Source: a virus. Taken from it: a stretch of 64,000 nucleotides of DNA. The notes below the pieces were generated by a model. That model was not told the origin of the DNA. It made no database searches and worked only from the letters and a program-made list of their open reading frames with translations. Shown here piece by piece: positions 9,141-18,753 of this stretch (its first letter is position 1; every line of letters starts with the position of its first letter). The position numbers were made by a program, and so were the translations under genes. Location: positions 1-64,000 of the IMG/VR virus record IMGVR_UViG_3300005613_000035; one strand, given 5' to 3'.

Positions 9141-10140
9141 TTCAAGGATTTACAGTTATTACCATGAAATTAAAGAGTTAAATAAAGGTAGGTTTCCGTA
9201 CCCAAGATTTTTAGCCTTATACCCAACTAATACATGCCAGTTTAATTGTATGTTTTGCGATTATAAAGCACTTAATTCTCGTAAGGCAAGACATTTAAAG
9301 GTTGATGAATGGAAATACATATTAGATACTTTTAAGAATAACGGTGGAGAAGGTGTTGGGCTATCTGGTGGTGGTGAACCATTAATGTTGGAATCTATAA
9401 CAGAGCTGTTATTCTATATAAAGAAATTAGGATTAAGTGTTAATTTAATAACTAACGGGTTGAATATAGATAAAAAAAGAAAGCCTAAATTGTATGATGC
9501 TTTAATGGAAACATGCTCTTTTATTAGAGTTTCATTTGAAGCAGGATCTCCAGAAGTATTTAATAAAATCAAGGGTAAGAATTACTTCAATAGAATAATA
9601 GGTAATGTTACAGAGTTTATAAAGGATAAACCAAAAGATTTACAGGTGTCATATAAATATACGATACCTTCATCTTACAGTATAGAAGATATAGAAAATG
9701 CTATATGTATAGCTGATGATGTTGGATTCTATTCTATTCAGTTTAAAGCTGTATGCAATGCTGAAAATAAGTTAACCGAACCTGATAAAAAAGCGTTAAA
9801 GGAGTATATAAGTACTATATCTGCAAATACTACAAACGTGATATGTGACTTAAATACTTATGTTAAAGAAGATGATGGCTGTCTTATATCAGCTATTCAA
9901 ACTTTAATAGATTGTAATGGTGATGTGTACATATGTTGTTATTATACCCATAGAATTAAAGAGCATAGAATAGGGAACGTGTTTGAAACTAAGTTTGAGG
10001 ATATTTGGGGTACATGGAAGCATATAAAGAAAATAGTTGAAGTAGATTGCTCAAAGTGTAATTTGTATGATTGTAGATATATACGGTATGCACATATCAT
10101 GGAAGAAAAAATTAATAACAACTATTTTAGTTTTATTTGA
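9130..10140 (+). CDS. Radical SAM protein with SPASM/twitch domain
   Basis: CQFNCMFC, SGGGEP, ITNG; C-terminal GDVYICC...IGNV...C..C. Confidence 0.92.
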   Translation: MNFDSRIYSYYHEIKELNKGRFPYPRFLALYPTNTCQFNCMFCDYKALNSRKARHLKVDEWKYILDTFKNNGGEGVGLSGGGEPLMLESITELLFYIKKLGLSVNLITNGLNIDKKRKPKLYDALMETCSFIRVSFEAGSPEVFNKIKGKNYFNRIIGNVTEFIKDKPKDLQVSYKYTIPSSYSIEDIENAICIADDVGFYSIQFKAVCNAENKLTEPDKKALKEYISTISANTTNVICDLNTYVKEDDGCLISAIQTLIDCNGDVYICCYYTHRIKEHRIGNVFETKFEDIWGTWKHIKKIVEVDCSKCNLYDCRYIRYAHIMEEKINNNYFSFI

Positions 10141-10152
10141 GGATAAATACAT

Positions 10153-10929
10153 ATGAGAGTTGCATTATGTCTTAGTGGACAAGCCAGAAGTATAGACAAA
10201 TGTTGGCCTACATTTTTAAAGCATATAGTAAATAAAACTGATTGTGATATATTTATGTCTTTTGCAAATGATAGTTCTGCCGGTGCTTTATTTGAAACTA
10301 AAGATTTAAAGTATACTGAGTTAGAATTAATAAAAGATCCAAGTTTAGAGTATTTGTATAGTGTAGCAAGGGGTGATACAACATATATTAAGCATCTTGG
10401 AGTTATGGGAAAAGAATGCACTAACTTAGCTATATTAAGACAGTTATATTTTGTAAATAGGTGTAATAATTTAAAAATAGGCTATGAAAAAAAGAATGGG
10501 TTTGTTTATGATTGGGTTATAAGAAGCAGAGCTGACGTGTTGTTGGGAAGTGACATTCTTGATTTAAGTAAACTATCTAATGAGAATATATATACACCAG
10601 ATACTAATACGCATAAGGGATTAAATGATTTCTTTGCATATGGATCATCAAAAAACATGGATATATACTCAAATAGAATAAATGAAATTAAAGAGATTGA
10701 TTCTCCTCCGTTTCCTTTTTGGAACCCACATGTAGAGTTGGCATATATTTTACACGTTAAGAATAATATTAAAGTAGCACTTCTTCCAATGGATATAAGA
10801 CGAGAAAGGGATTGGAGAGGTAAATATGATAGTAAAATATATGAATATTATGGAAAATATAGTGAGGGTTTAGTAGAAAGAAAGAAAGAAAAAATAGGAA
10901 GAGAAGAAAAAAACAATGAAAGAGTGTAG
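10153..10929 (+). CDS. Putative glycosyltransferase-like protein
   Basis: MRVALCLSGQAR, YDWVIRSRAD and NDFFAYG motifs, seen in viral glycan clusters. Confidence 0.6.
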   Translation: MRVALCLSGQARSIDKCWPTFLKHIVNKTDCDIFMSFANDSSAGALFETKDLKYTELELIKDPSLEYLYSVARGDTTYIKHLGVMGKECTNLAILRQLYFVNRCNNLKIGYEKKNGFVYDWVIRSRADVLLGSDILDLSKLSNENIYTPDTNTHKGLNDFFAYGSSKNMDIYSNRINEIKEIDSPPFPFWNPHVELAYILHVKNNIKVALLPMDIRRERDWRGKYDSKIYEYYGKYSEGLVERKKEKIGREEKNNERV

Positions 10930-11644
10930 TAAATCAATTCAAAGAAGATTACACAACCCAAACTTTTCAAGGGTATACTTTAAAGGTATTGGGATAGATA
11001 TAGGTGGTGGATCAGATCCACTATCTTTTTATGAATATCTATTTCCACTAATAAAAAGTATTAGGGTGTATGATAAAGAAGACGGGGATGCTCAAGTTAT
11101 GAGTGGTGTACAAAGTAACTATTATGATTTTGTACATAGTAGTCATTGTTTAGAGCATTTAGAAGATCCGGTTGAGGGTATTTCAAATTGGTTTAGAATA
11201 CTTAAACCAGATGGGTATTTAATTATTACAATACCAGATGAAGATTTGTATGAGCAGGGTGTGTTCCCAAGTACTTTTAACGCAGATCATAAATGGACAT
11301 TCACTATTTTCAAAGGGTTTTCTTGGAGTACTAAATCTATAAATATTATAGATATTATAAAAGAGTTAGGTACAGAAGCATCAGTTGAGAAGATTGAATT
11401 ATTAAACACTACATATAGACATGGTATTCCAAGGTATGACCAAACACGCCTACCTACTACAGAGTGTGGTATTGAAATAATTATAAGAAAGAGAACACAA
11501 GATGAAATATTTAACAAAAAAAGGGAGTATCCTCAACCTAACATAGATGACCTAAAATATTTTAATCAGTATATTGATGACAACAAGGTACTTAAAGAAT
11601 CTAATAAAATACTACAACCATTTAACAACTACTTGGAAATATAA
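10916..11644 (+). CDS. Class I SAM methyltransferase (Methyltransf_11-like)
   Basis: GIDIGGG, DFVHSSHCLEH, RILKPDG. Confidence 0.88.
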   Translation: MKECSKSIQRRLHNPNFSRVYFKGIGIDIGGGSDPLSFYEYLFPLIKSIRVYDKEDGDAQVMSGVQSNYYDFVHSSHCLEHLEDPVEGISNWFRILKPDGYLIITIPDEDLYEQGVFPSTFNADHKWTFTIFKGFSWSTKSINIIDIIKELGTEASVEKIELLNTTYRHGIPRYDQTRLPTTECGIEIIIRKRTQDEIFNKKREYPQPNIDDLKYFNQYIDDNKVLKESNKILQPFNNYLEI

Positions 11645-11645
11645 T

Positions 11646-12560
11646 ATGAATAAAACTGTAATAATAGTTGGAGTGCTTTTAGATAAATCATCTACTAATG
11701 TGTCAATGGCTAAAGCGTTTATGAAGTTGGGGTTCAAGATTTTACCTATCAATTATAGGTCCATAATTCAGAAGCATGGACATCAGCTCTTTGAAAATTT
11801 GTTGATTGAAACAGTTAAGAAACATACACCAGTCTTAACAATCTTTTGCAAGTGTAATGGTGTTAATCCTGAAATAGTTAAGGAGTGTACTAAGTTTAGC
11901 ACTACTTGGCTTTGGAATCCAGATCCATATCAAACTATAGAACAATGTCCTGAAGTTATAGAGCATATGAAGAATTGTAAATTCTGTTCAAGTACTGGTG
12001 GTGGAACTCATGAAAGGTTTGTAAGAAAGTATGGATTAACTAATAGTTATCATATATTTTGTGGGTTAGATTATGATTTATATAAACCTGTAGAGTCTGT
12101 ACCTGAGTATGAAGCTGATATATCATTTATTGGTAATTCAACACCTGAACGAGACTACTTTAAGAAAGTACTGGAAGCTAAGTATAAAACTAAGTTCTAT
12201 GGTAGTGGATATATAAAATCAGTATATGAGGAAGAGTTTTCTAAGGTTTGTAGTAGTTCAACCTTTATGCTTTCATTAAATACATACAATGATATTCCAG
12301 ATTATTTTAGCAATCGCTTGTTACGGTATATGAATTCAGGTACTTGCGTTCTACATTATGATCCTACTAACACGCTTTACAAATACTTTAAGCATGGTGA
12401 AGAAATATTATTCTTTAGAAGTACCGAAGAATTGTTAGACTTAATAAATAATACTACTTTAGCAAAAGCTGGTAAAATTGCATTATATGGAAGAGAGAAG
12501 GTGTTACGGAATTACACTTGGGAACACACAATTCAAAATATGCTAAATATTGCTGTATAA
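11646..12560 (+). CDS. CgeB-like GT-B glycosyltransferase
   Basis: DISFIGN, FYGSG, FSNRL, G..KVLRNYTW. Confidence 0.85.
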   Translation: MNKTVIIVGVLLDKSSTNVSMAKAFMKLGFKILPINYRSIIQKHGHQLFENLLIETVKKHTPVLTIFCKCNGVNPEIVKECTKFSTTWLWNPDPYQTIEQCPEVIEHMKNCKFCSSTGGGTHERFVRKYGLTNSYHIFCGLDYDLYKPVESVPEYEADISFIGNSTPERDYFKKVLEAKYKTKFYGSGYIKSVYEEEFSKVCSSSTFMLSLNTYNDIPDYFSNRLLRYMNSGTCVLHYDPTNTLYKYFKHGEEILFFRSTEELLDLINNTTLAKAGKIALYGREKVLRNYTWEHTIQNMLNIAV

Positions 12561-12577
12561 CTTAAAGGAAATACAAT

Positions 12578-12868
12578 ATGAATATACCAAGTAAAATAAA
12601 GCTTAGTGGTCATGAAATACAAGTTGATTTTGCAACTACTAAAAGTATGGAAAATATAGGGAGTTTTAATAATTATCATAACTTAATTCGTTTAGAAAAA
12701 GAGGAGGAAACACCTGAAGATAATGTTGCTGAATGTTTTTTACATGAGATTATTGAAGCTATAAAATTTAAGAATAATCTTGTTATAGATCATGTACATT
12801 TATCTGTTTTATCCGAATGTTTATTTCAAGTTTTGAGGGATAATAAACTTTCATTTCACGAGGCTTAA
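12578..12868 (+). CDS. Small phage protein with HE-motif (metallopeptidase-like)
   Basis: CFLHEIIEA. Confidence 0.6.
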   Translation: MNIPSKIKLSGHEIQVDFATTKSMENIGSFNNYHNLIRLEKEEETPEDNVAECFLHEIIEAIKFKNNLVIDHVHLSVLSECLFQVLRDNKLSFHEA

Positions 12869-12876
12869 CTATATAT

Positions 12877-13707
12877 ATGAAAGAACACATTAGTCATGAT
12901 TTTTCAAAAATGGGTGGGTTTATCTTAAATATTGTTCTTGATACTGGTGTTTTGAAATATAGAGGTATTGGTGGAATAAAGATATTAAAAAAGTTTTTCT
13001 ATAGCTTTTTTAGAGGTCTTGGCTACTTTATTACTATTGATGAAGGAGCTATGGATTTAGATATTGCAGACAAAAAGTATTATGCTCCAACATTTATGCC
13101 TTGGATTAAGGATGGATATGGTGATTTTGGTTCTTATTCTAAATGTATTAAAAATCATACTGTAGTTTCACCAGACAGACAATACACTTTATTTACTCTT
13201 GCAAAACAGGCTATTCATATTGATGGTGATTGGGTAGAATGCGGAGTGTATAAAGGTGGCACAGCGATACTTCTTGCTAAAATAATGAAGGGTGCTACAT
13301 TGCATTTGTTTGACACATTTTCTGGAATGCCTGCTACTAATTCTGATATAGATATTATGCAGGAAGGTACTTTTTCTGATTGTTCTTTTGATGAAGTTAA
13401 GAAAGTAATTAGTGAAGTTTGTACTAATGTTAAATATTATAAAGGGGTTATTCCAAACACATTCAATGATTGTGATATAGATAAAATAGCAATAGCTCAT
13501 GTGGACGTAGATTTGTTTGAGTCGGCAATAGATTGTTGTAAATTCATTTATCCAAGATTATCTGCTGGAGGATTTATTGTGTTTGACGATTATGGTTTTG
13601 CAGATTGTCCTGGTGTAAAAAAAGCTGTTGATGAATTCTTTGAGGATAAGCCCGAAGTTCCATTAGTTCTTCAGACAGGTCAAGCAATTATAGTAAAGGT
13701 AGTTTAA
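12877..13707 (+). CDS. TylF/MycF-family O-methyltransferase
   Basis: GDWVECGVYKGG, LFDTFSGMP, HVDVDL, GGFIVFDDY. Confidence 0.92.
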   Translation: MKEHISHDFSKMGGFILNIVLDTGVLKYRGIGGIKILKKFFYSFFRGLGYFITIDEGAMDLDIADKKYYAPTFMPWIKDGYGDFGSYSKCIKNHTVVSPDRQYTLFTLAKQAIHIDGDWVECGVYKGGTAILLAKIMKGATLHLFDTFSGMPATNSDIDIMQEGTFSDCSFDEVKKVISEVCTNVKYYKGVIPNTFNDCDIDKIAIAHVDVDLFESAIDCCKFIYPRLSAGGFIVFDDYGFADCPGVKKAVDEFFEDKPEVPLVLQTGQAIIVKVV

Positions 13708-14384
13708 TGATAGATTTGAATTATGAGTTGTATAAAGAAAGTAATGATTTTATAGAAAGTAAAGTATCTAAAGAATACTGTAAAAACAACACGTATAAAA
13801 ATAAGGTTACATATTTTGCATCCTATATTAAACCTGGTATGACTGTAATAGATGCTGGTGCTTGTGTTGGAGTTTTTACTGTATTGTTTGATAAGTTAGT
13901 ATTACCTAACGGTAGAGTGTATGCATTTGAGCCTGATATTAGTAACTATATAAATCTGGTTAAAAATGTGGGAGATAGCACTACCTCATTTACAAATTCT
14001 GCACTGTCTAATTATCATGGTACTGGTTTTCTTTGTAAATTTAAGGATTATATAGGTTGGCATTATTTAACTGAATCGTCTAAGGAAGATAATGTGTATG
14101 TTACATATATAGATAAGTTTTGTAAGGATAATGGGGTATCTAAAGTTGACCTGATGAAAATAGATGTTGAGGGTGCAGACTTGAAAGTATTACAAGGTGC
14201 TGAAGAAACCATACATAGGAATAAAAACATAAGTATAATTATTGAAATTCATAATGGTGGTAGATTTTTAGAGCAAAAGAATGATGTATTGGAATTCCTT
14301 AGAAATAGGGGATTTACGTTGTATGACTTAAACGATAACTTTAATACTGAAGGTAAGATGTTTGAAGTACTCGCAACAAGATAA
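13707..14384 (+). CDS. FkbM-family methyltransferase
   Basis: VIDAGACVG, YAFEP, MKIDVEGAD. Confidence 0.92.
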   Translation: MIDLNYELYKESNDFIESKVSKEYCKNNTYKNKVTYFASYIKPGMTVIDAGACVGVFTVLFDKLVLPNGRVYAFEPDISNYINLVKNVGDSTTSFTNSALSNYHGTGFLCKFKDYIGWHYLTESSKEDNVYVTYIDKFCKDNGVSKVDLMKIDVEGADLKVLQGAEETIHRNKNISIIIEIHNGGRFLEQKNDVLEFLRNRGFTLYDLNDNFNTEGKMFEVLATR

Positions 14385-14400
14385 TTGAAAGAGAGGTTGT

Positions 14401-14940
14401 ATGCAAAATGATAAGAATTTATGGAATTTTCGTCCAGCTTGGATGCAGTTGGTGTCAAGAAATAATGTAGTTGGATTAGAAGTAGGGGTTGCAAAAGGTA
14501 TAAACGCATATAATATGTTACGATTTTTAGATATTAAAAAGCTATACTTATTAGATCCTTATCTACCACAATCTGAAGTAGCAGATAGCGATGGTGAAAG
14601 ACCTTATGGTGAAGGCAATTATAGACAAGATAAATACAAAGCCGAAAGTTTGTTGAAACCATTTGAGGATAAGATAGAATGGATATTTGAAACGACTGAA
14701 GATGGTATTGGGAAAATATCAGATGAGAGTTTAAGTTTCGTATATATAGATGGATGCCATAAATATGATAGTGTAAAAAAGGATATTAACTTATGTATTC
14801 CAAAGGTTATATTTGGTGGAGTTCTTGGGGGCCATGATTGGAGTTCTTCTCATCCTGGGGTTGTTAATGCTGTTCTTGAAAAGTTTGGTAGGGATAAGAT
14901 TTTCTCATTACATCAAGACTGGTGGATAATTAAAGAATAG
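14401..14940 (+). CDS. Class I SAM methyltransferase (Methyltransf_24-like)
   Basis: LEVGVAKG, FVYIDGCH, GGHDW; paralog of the C-terminal domain of 5230..6723. Confidence 0.88.
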   Translation: MQNDKNLWNFRPAWMQLVSRNNVVGLEVGVAKGINAYNMLRFLDIKKLYLLDPYLPQSEVADSDGERPYGEGNYRQDKYKAESLLKPFEDKIEWIFETTEDGIGKISDESLSFVYIDGCHKYDSVKKDINLCIPKVIFGGVLGGHDWSSSHPGVVNAVLEKFGRDKIFSLHQDWWIIKE

Positions 14941-14944
14941 AAAA

Positions 14945-15979
14945 ATGGAAAATTATAATAAAGATACCGCATTAAAATATATAAAATCTGTGCTGGATTC
15001 TGGCAGTCTTAGTGGAAATGGCATATATACTAAGAAATGTCACAAATGGTTTGAAAAGAATCTTAATTGTAATAAAGCTTTTTTAACAAATTCTTGCACT
15101 TCAGCTATTGAATTAGCAGCTATATTGATGGACTTACAGCCAGATGATGAAATTATAATGCCTTCATTTTCATTTGTATCAGTTGCAAATGCGTTCCTTG
15201 TACATAAATGTAAGATAGTTTTTGTAGATATTAAAGCAAGCACGTTGTGTATTGACGAGAATGAGTTTAAGAAAGCAATAACTAAGAAAACAAAAGCTGT
15301 AGTTCTGGTACATTATGCTGGAGTATCTTGTGATATAGATAAGATTGTTAAGATAGCAAAGAAGAATAATATTATTGTAATAGAAGATGCAGCTCAAGGA
15401 TTTTTAGCTAAGTATAAAGATAGATACTTAGGAACTATTGGTGATTTTGGTGCAATAAGTTTTCATGATACAAAGAATATTACTTGTGGTGAAGGTGGAG
15501 TTCTGCTTGTAAATAATAAGAATTACATAGCCAGAGCAGACATTGTTTGGGAAAAGGGGACTAACAGACAAGAATTCTTACGTGGTGAGATTGATAAGTA
15601 TTCATGGGTTGATATTGGATTATCATTTCCTCCAAGTGAGATTACAGCGGCATTTTTGTACAGTTCCTTACAGATAGCTAAAAAACTAACTAAGAAAAGG
15701 TTAACGCGATGGAATGCGTTATATAAAAAGTATGATAAATTAGGTATGGGTATGATGCCATTTATTCCGAAATACTCAATACATAATGGTCATATATTTT
15801 ATATAATAGCTCCAAGAACTGAAAGGGATACTGTTATTTCTTTGTTAAGAGAGTTATATGTGAATGCTAAGTTTCATTTTGTTCCATTGCATTCATCTAA
15901 GTTTGGAAGAACTATATGTGATTATGATCTTCCTGTAACAGATTTAATAAGTGAGAGTTTAGTTAGAATTCCTTTGTAA
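14945..15979 (+). CDS. rffA: dTDP-4-amino-4,6-dideoxygalactose transaminase (DegT family)
   Basis: VHYAG, IEDAAQG, SFHDTKNITCGEGG, EKGTNR..F.RG..DKYSWVD.G.S typical of RffA/WecE. Confidence 0.9.
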   Translation: MENYNKDTALKYIKSVLDSGSLSGNGIYTKKCHKWFEKNLNCNKAFLTNSCTSAIELAAILMDLQPDDEIIMPSFSFVSVANAFLVHKCKIVFVDIKASTLCIDENEFKKAITKKTKAVVLVHYAGVSCDIDKIVKIAKKNNIIVIEDAAQGFLAKYKDRYLGTIGDFGAISFHDTKNITCGEGGVLLVNNKNYIARADIVWEKGTNRQEFLRGEIDKYSWVDIGLSFPPSEITAAFLYSSLQIAKKLTKKRLTRWNALYKKYDKLGMGMMPFIPKYSIHNGHIFYIIAPRTERDTVISLLRELYVNAKFHFVPLHSSKFGRTICDYDLPVTDLISESLVRIPL

Positions 15980-16011
15980 ACAACGTTTATCATTCTAAAT
16001 AGAAAATAAGT

Positions 16012-16677
16012 ATGGATAGTTTAAAAGATTGTGAGGAGATTCTTGTGTTAGGGGATTCTCATGCTATAGTATTCCTTAATGAAAAGTTTAAAACTACCTT
16101 TAATAACTTTGTTTTCAATGTATGCAAAGTTGGAGGAGCTACTTTATCAGGTATGAAAAATCCTAACACAATTACTCAAGCTATGCCAATTTTTTTAAGG
16201 TGTATCAAAATGTCTAAAGCTATGCAAGTCATTACTCTTATAGGTGAAGTAGATACAGGGTTCTTAATTTGGCATAGTGCTAATAAATATAATATATCAA
16301 TTTCAGAAGCATTAGATAAAGTAGTACAGAATTATATAGAGTTTCTAACTATGCTATCAAATAATTTTAAGGTTATTTGTATTAGTACACCACTTCCTGT
16401 AATAACGGATGGTGCCTATAAGGGTAAGGTTGCAAACGCTCGTAAAACTGTTAAAGCTACTCAAAAACAAAGAATAGAACTAACATTTACACTTAATAAA
16501 ACTATCAAAGAATTCTGTAAAAAAGAACAAATTGTGTTTGTAGATTTAGACATTAAATCATTGGGTAATGATGGATTAATTAAACCAGATTTGTTAAATG
16601 AAGACCCTTGTGATCATCACTATAATTCTGATGTGTATGCAGATTTAATTATTGAAGAATTAAAAAACATTTTATAG
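16012..16677 (+). CDS. SGNH/GDSL-like hydrolase or acyltransferase
   Basis: LGDSHA, GEVD, DHHY. Confidence 0.75.
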   Translation: MDSLKDCEEILVLGDSHAIVFLNEKFKTTFNNFVFNVCKVGGATLSGMKNPNTITQAMPIFLRCIKMSKAMQVITLIGEVDTGFLIWHSANKYNISISEALDKVVQNYIEFLTMLSNNFKVICISTPLPVITDGAYKGKVANARKTVKATQKQRIELTFTLNKTIKEFCKKEQIVFVDLDIKSLGNDGLIKPDLLNEDPCDHHYNSDVYADLIIEELKNIL

Positions 16678-16689
16678 AAAGGGGAGCTA

Positions 16690-17388
16690 TTGGAAAATAG
16701 ATTAGTTGTTACAAGAGCTGATGAGAATATATCAGAGATGACAAGTATTACTCATGAATACTTGAGGAAGTATGCTGATATCTGTAAGGCAGACTTTAAG
16801 GTGCTTGATAGCAATACCTGGCCACACTATCACTATAGGATATTAGAGTTGTACAAGTTGTTTGAAACGTATGATAGAATCTTGTGCTTAGATTCAGATA
16901 TTTTAATACTTAAAACATGTCCTAATATCTTTAAGCTTGTACCAGAAGATTGCATAGGTACTATATATGAAGATAAAGGTAGTAGGCTTGAAGATAGAAG
17001 AAATAGAATAGAGAAAATACAGAAAGAACGTGGTAATGTTGGATGGTATGAGAATTACATTAATACTGGAGTTATAATATTTTCTAAAATACATAGGGAG
17101 TTATTCAATCTTAACAAAGATGAATTATGGATGTCATTAGGATTTGATGATGTGGAATTAGGATTTCAAATTCATAGATTAGGCTATAATGTATATGAGC
17201 TTCCTTGTGAATGGAATTTTATGTCAATGCATAATGAAGGATGGAATCAGAATTCCTCAAGGTTTGATGCATTTATTATACATTATGCAGGGATGGGAAA
17301 TTTCTATGGAAGGCATATAAATAAAAGTAGGTTTGATTTTATAAAGGAAGACTATTTAGTTCTAAAAAAATATGATTTGCTAATATAA
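16690..17388 (+). CDS. GT-A (GT8-like) glycosyltransferase
   Basis: YDRILCLDSD, YINTGV, WN, IIHYAG. Confidence 0.88.
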   Translation: MENRLVVTRADENISEMTSITHEYLRKYADICKADFKVLDSNTWPHYHYRILELYKLFETYDRILCLDSDILILKTCPNIFKLVPEDCIGTIYEDKGSRLEDRRNRIEKIQKERGNVGWYENYINTGVIIFSKIHRELFNLNKDELWMSLGFDDVELGFQIHRLGYNVYELPCEWNFMSMHNEGWNQNSSRFDAFIIHYAGMGNFYGRHINKSRFDFIKEDYLVLKKYDLLI

Positions 17389-17400
17389 GGAATTAAAATA

Positions 17401-18057
17401 ATGATCAATTTAAATGTGGAGGGAACTTGTGGGGATGCATTTACTGTATGCTTAAAACTGTGGGCTATTGATAATGAAGAGATAAAAATTTTCCATAAGA
17501 CTGTACACACACAGTTTTATCCTCAGATTAGGGATATATATGGCCTGAAGAAAAATATAGAGGTAGCGTTTGTAGATAATTTTAATGATAGAGAAGAGTA
17601 CCTTGAACTTTCAGGTGTGCCTTATAAAAATAACCCAGACTCTATGGTTTGGTTCCCTGATTTAAAGTTACCGTATGTTTCAATTTTGGATTACCCATAT
17701 ATAGTGATTTGTCCTCATGCTGGTAGAGAGGATGCTATGGCTCGATCAGTACCTATTAAAACAATAGAGTACATGATAGAAGAAGTATCCCCTATTAAAT
17801 GTATTCTGCTGGGTACAAATAGTACGTATAAAGGTATAAAGAATTGTGAGAATTTAATTGGTGAAACTAATGTTATTGAGGCAATGTCTATAATAAGTGA
17901 TTGTAATGGATTCTGTGGTCCTGAAGGGCTTCTTTGTTTTGTTGCATTAAGCCAGCTAATTCCAAGTGTAATATTTTGGGTTAGATGGCAACCTATAGAA
18001 GCAAGAGTTATAGGGACTCCCTGGCAAGAGCATATTATAGATTTGATAAAAATATAA
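17401..18057 (+). CDS. GT-B (GT9-like) glycosyltransferase
   Basis: GTCGD, YIVICPHAG, ENLIGET, FCGPEG. Confidence 0.72.
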   Translation: MINLNVEGTCGDAFTVCLKLWAIDNEEIKIFHKTVHTQFYPQIRDIYGLKKNIEVAFVDNFNDREEYLELSGVPYKNNPDSMVWFPDLKLPYVSILDYPYIVICPHAGREDAMARSVPIKTIEYMIEEVSPIKCILLGTNSTYKGIKNCENLIGETNVIEAMSIISDCNGFCGPEGLLCFVALSQLIPSVIFWVRWQPIEARVIGTPWQEHIIDLIKI

Positions 18058-18070
18058 TGGGAGAGGATAC

Positions 18071-18742
18071 ATGAAAGTATTTCCGATGGGAACTGTAGCT
18101 GCTGGTGTGAATTATGGTACGATTGATGGAGTACAATGTCCATTTTTTGAGCCTAACTCTAAAGCTTTCAGTCATCCTATTCATTATAGTTTGCAAACTT
18201 TATTTCAGAATCAATCTATACTTACAAGAAAAATAGCTGAGCCAAGTTTATCTATTACATATGAATATACTAACATATATTTTCATGAGTTTTTACAAAT
18301 AAAAGAATGTGTGGCAGACGTAGAGGAAGCTGTTGATACGATATATGTAGTGGATTTATCAGCAGGTACTTTACCAGATTCCATGCCTTCTTGGGTACCT
18401 CATATTGGTTGGACCGGATTATATTCTTCTGTTGCAAATATGAAGGCTAACTATATGTTTCTTAATAATAGTACACAATGGAAAATAGGTGTAGTAAATA
18501 GTATTGTTACAAACACATCTATTCAATTAACTGTTACGGATAATTATGGAGATATGACAGAGGCACAAGCGGCAGTAGTAACAGGTAATGCAAGGACGCA
18601 TATTTATCCTATGTATGAATGCTATATAGTTCCAAACTCATTACAGAACTTTTCTGTTACAGGATATTGGAGTAATAAAGATTCAATGCGTGGCCCAATG
18701 TGGAGTGGTTCTATAAGTTTTACATCTAAATATAGAATATAA
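18071..18742 (+). CDS. Virion-type protein, possibly displaced distal tail (gpM/Dit-like) protein
   Basis: T/S/N-rich; FFEP...TLFQN...RK..PSLSITYEY...EF..I pattern resembles gpM-like Dit proteins. Confidence 0.4.
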   Translation: MKVFPMGTVAAGVNYGTIDGVQCPFFEPNSKAFSHPIHYSLQTLFQNQSILTRKIAEPSLSITYEYTNIYFHEFLQIKECVADVEEAVDTIYVVDLSAGTLPDSMPSWVPHIGWTGLYSSVANMKANYMFLNNSTQWKIGVVNSIVTNTSIQLTVTDNYGDMTEAQAAVVTGNARTHIYPMYECYIVPNSLQNFSVTGYWSNKDSMRGPMWSGSISFTSKYRI

Positions 18743-18753
18743 TAGGTGATAGT

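Noticed and set aside
5230-18057. Bacterial chromosomal O-antigen/LPS locus (host DNA beside a prophage)
   Set aside because: No wzx/wzy/ABC exporter or full NDP-sugar pathway. Phage-type genes are interspersed and the genes are tightly continuous with virion genes.
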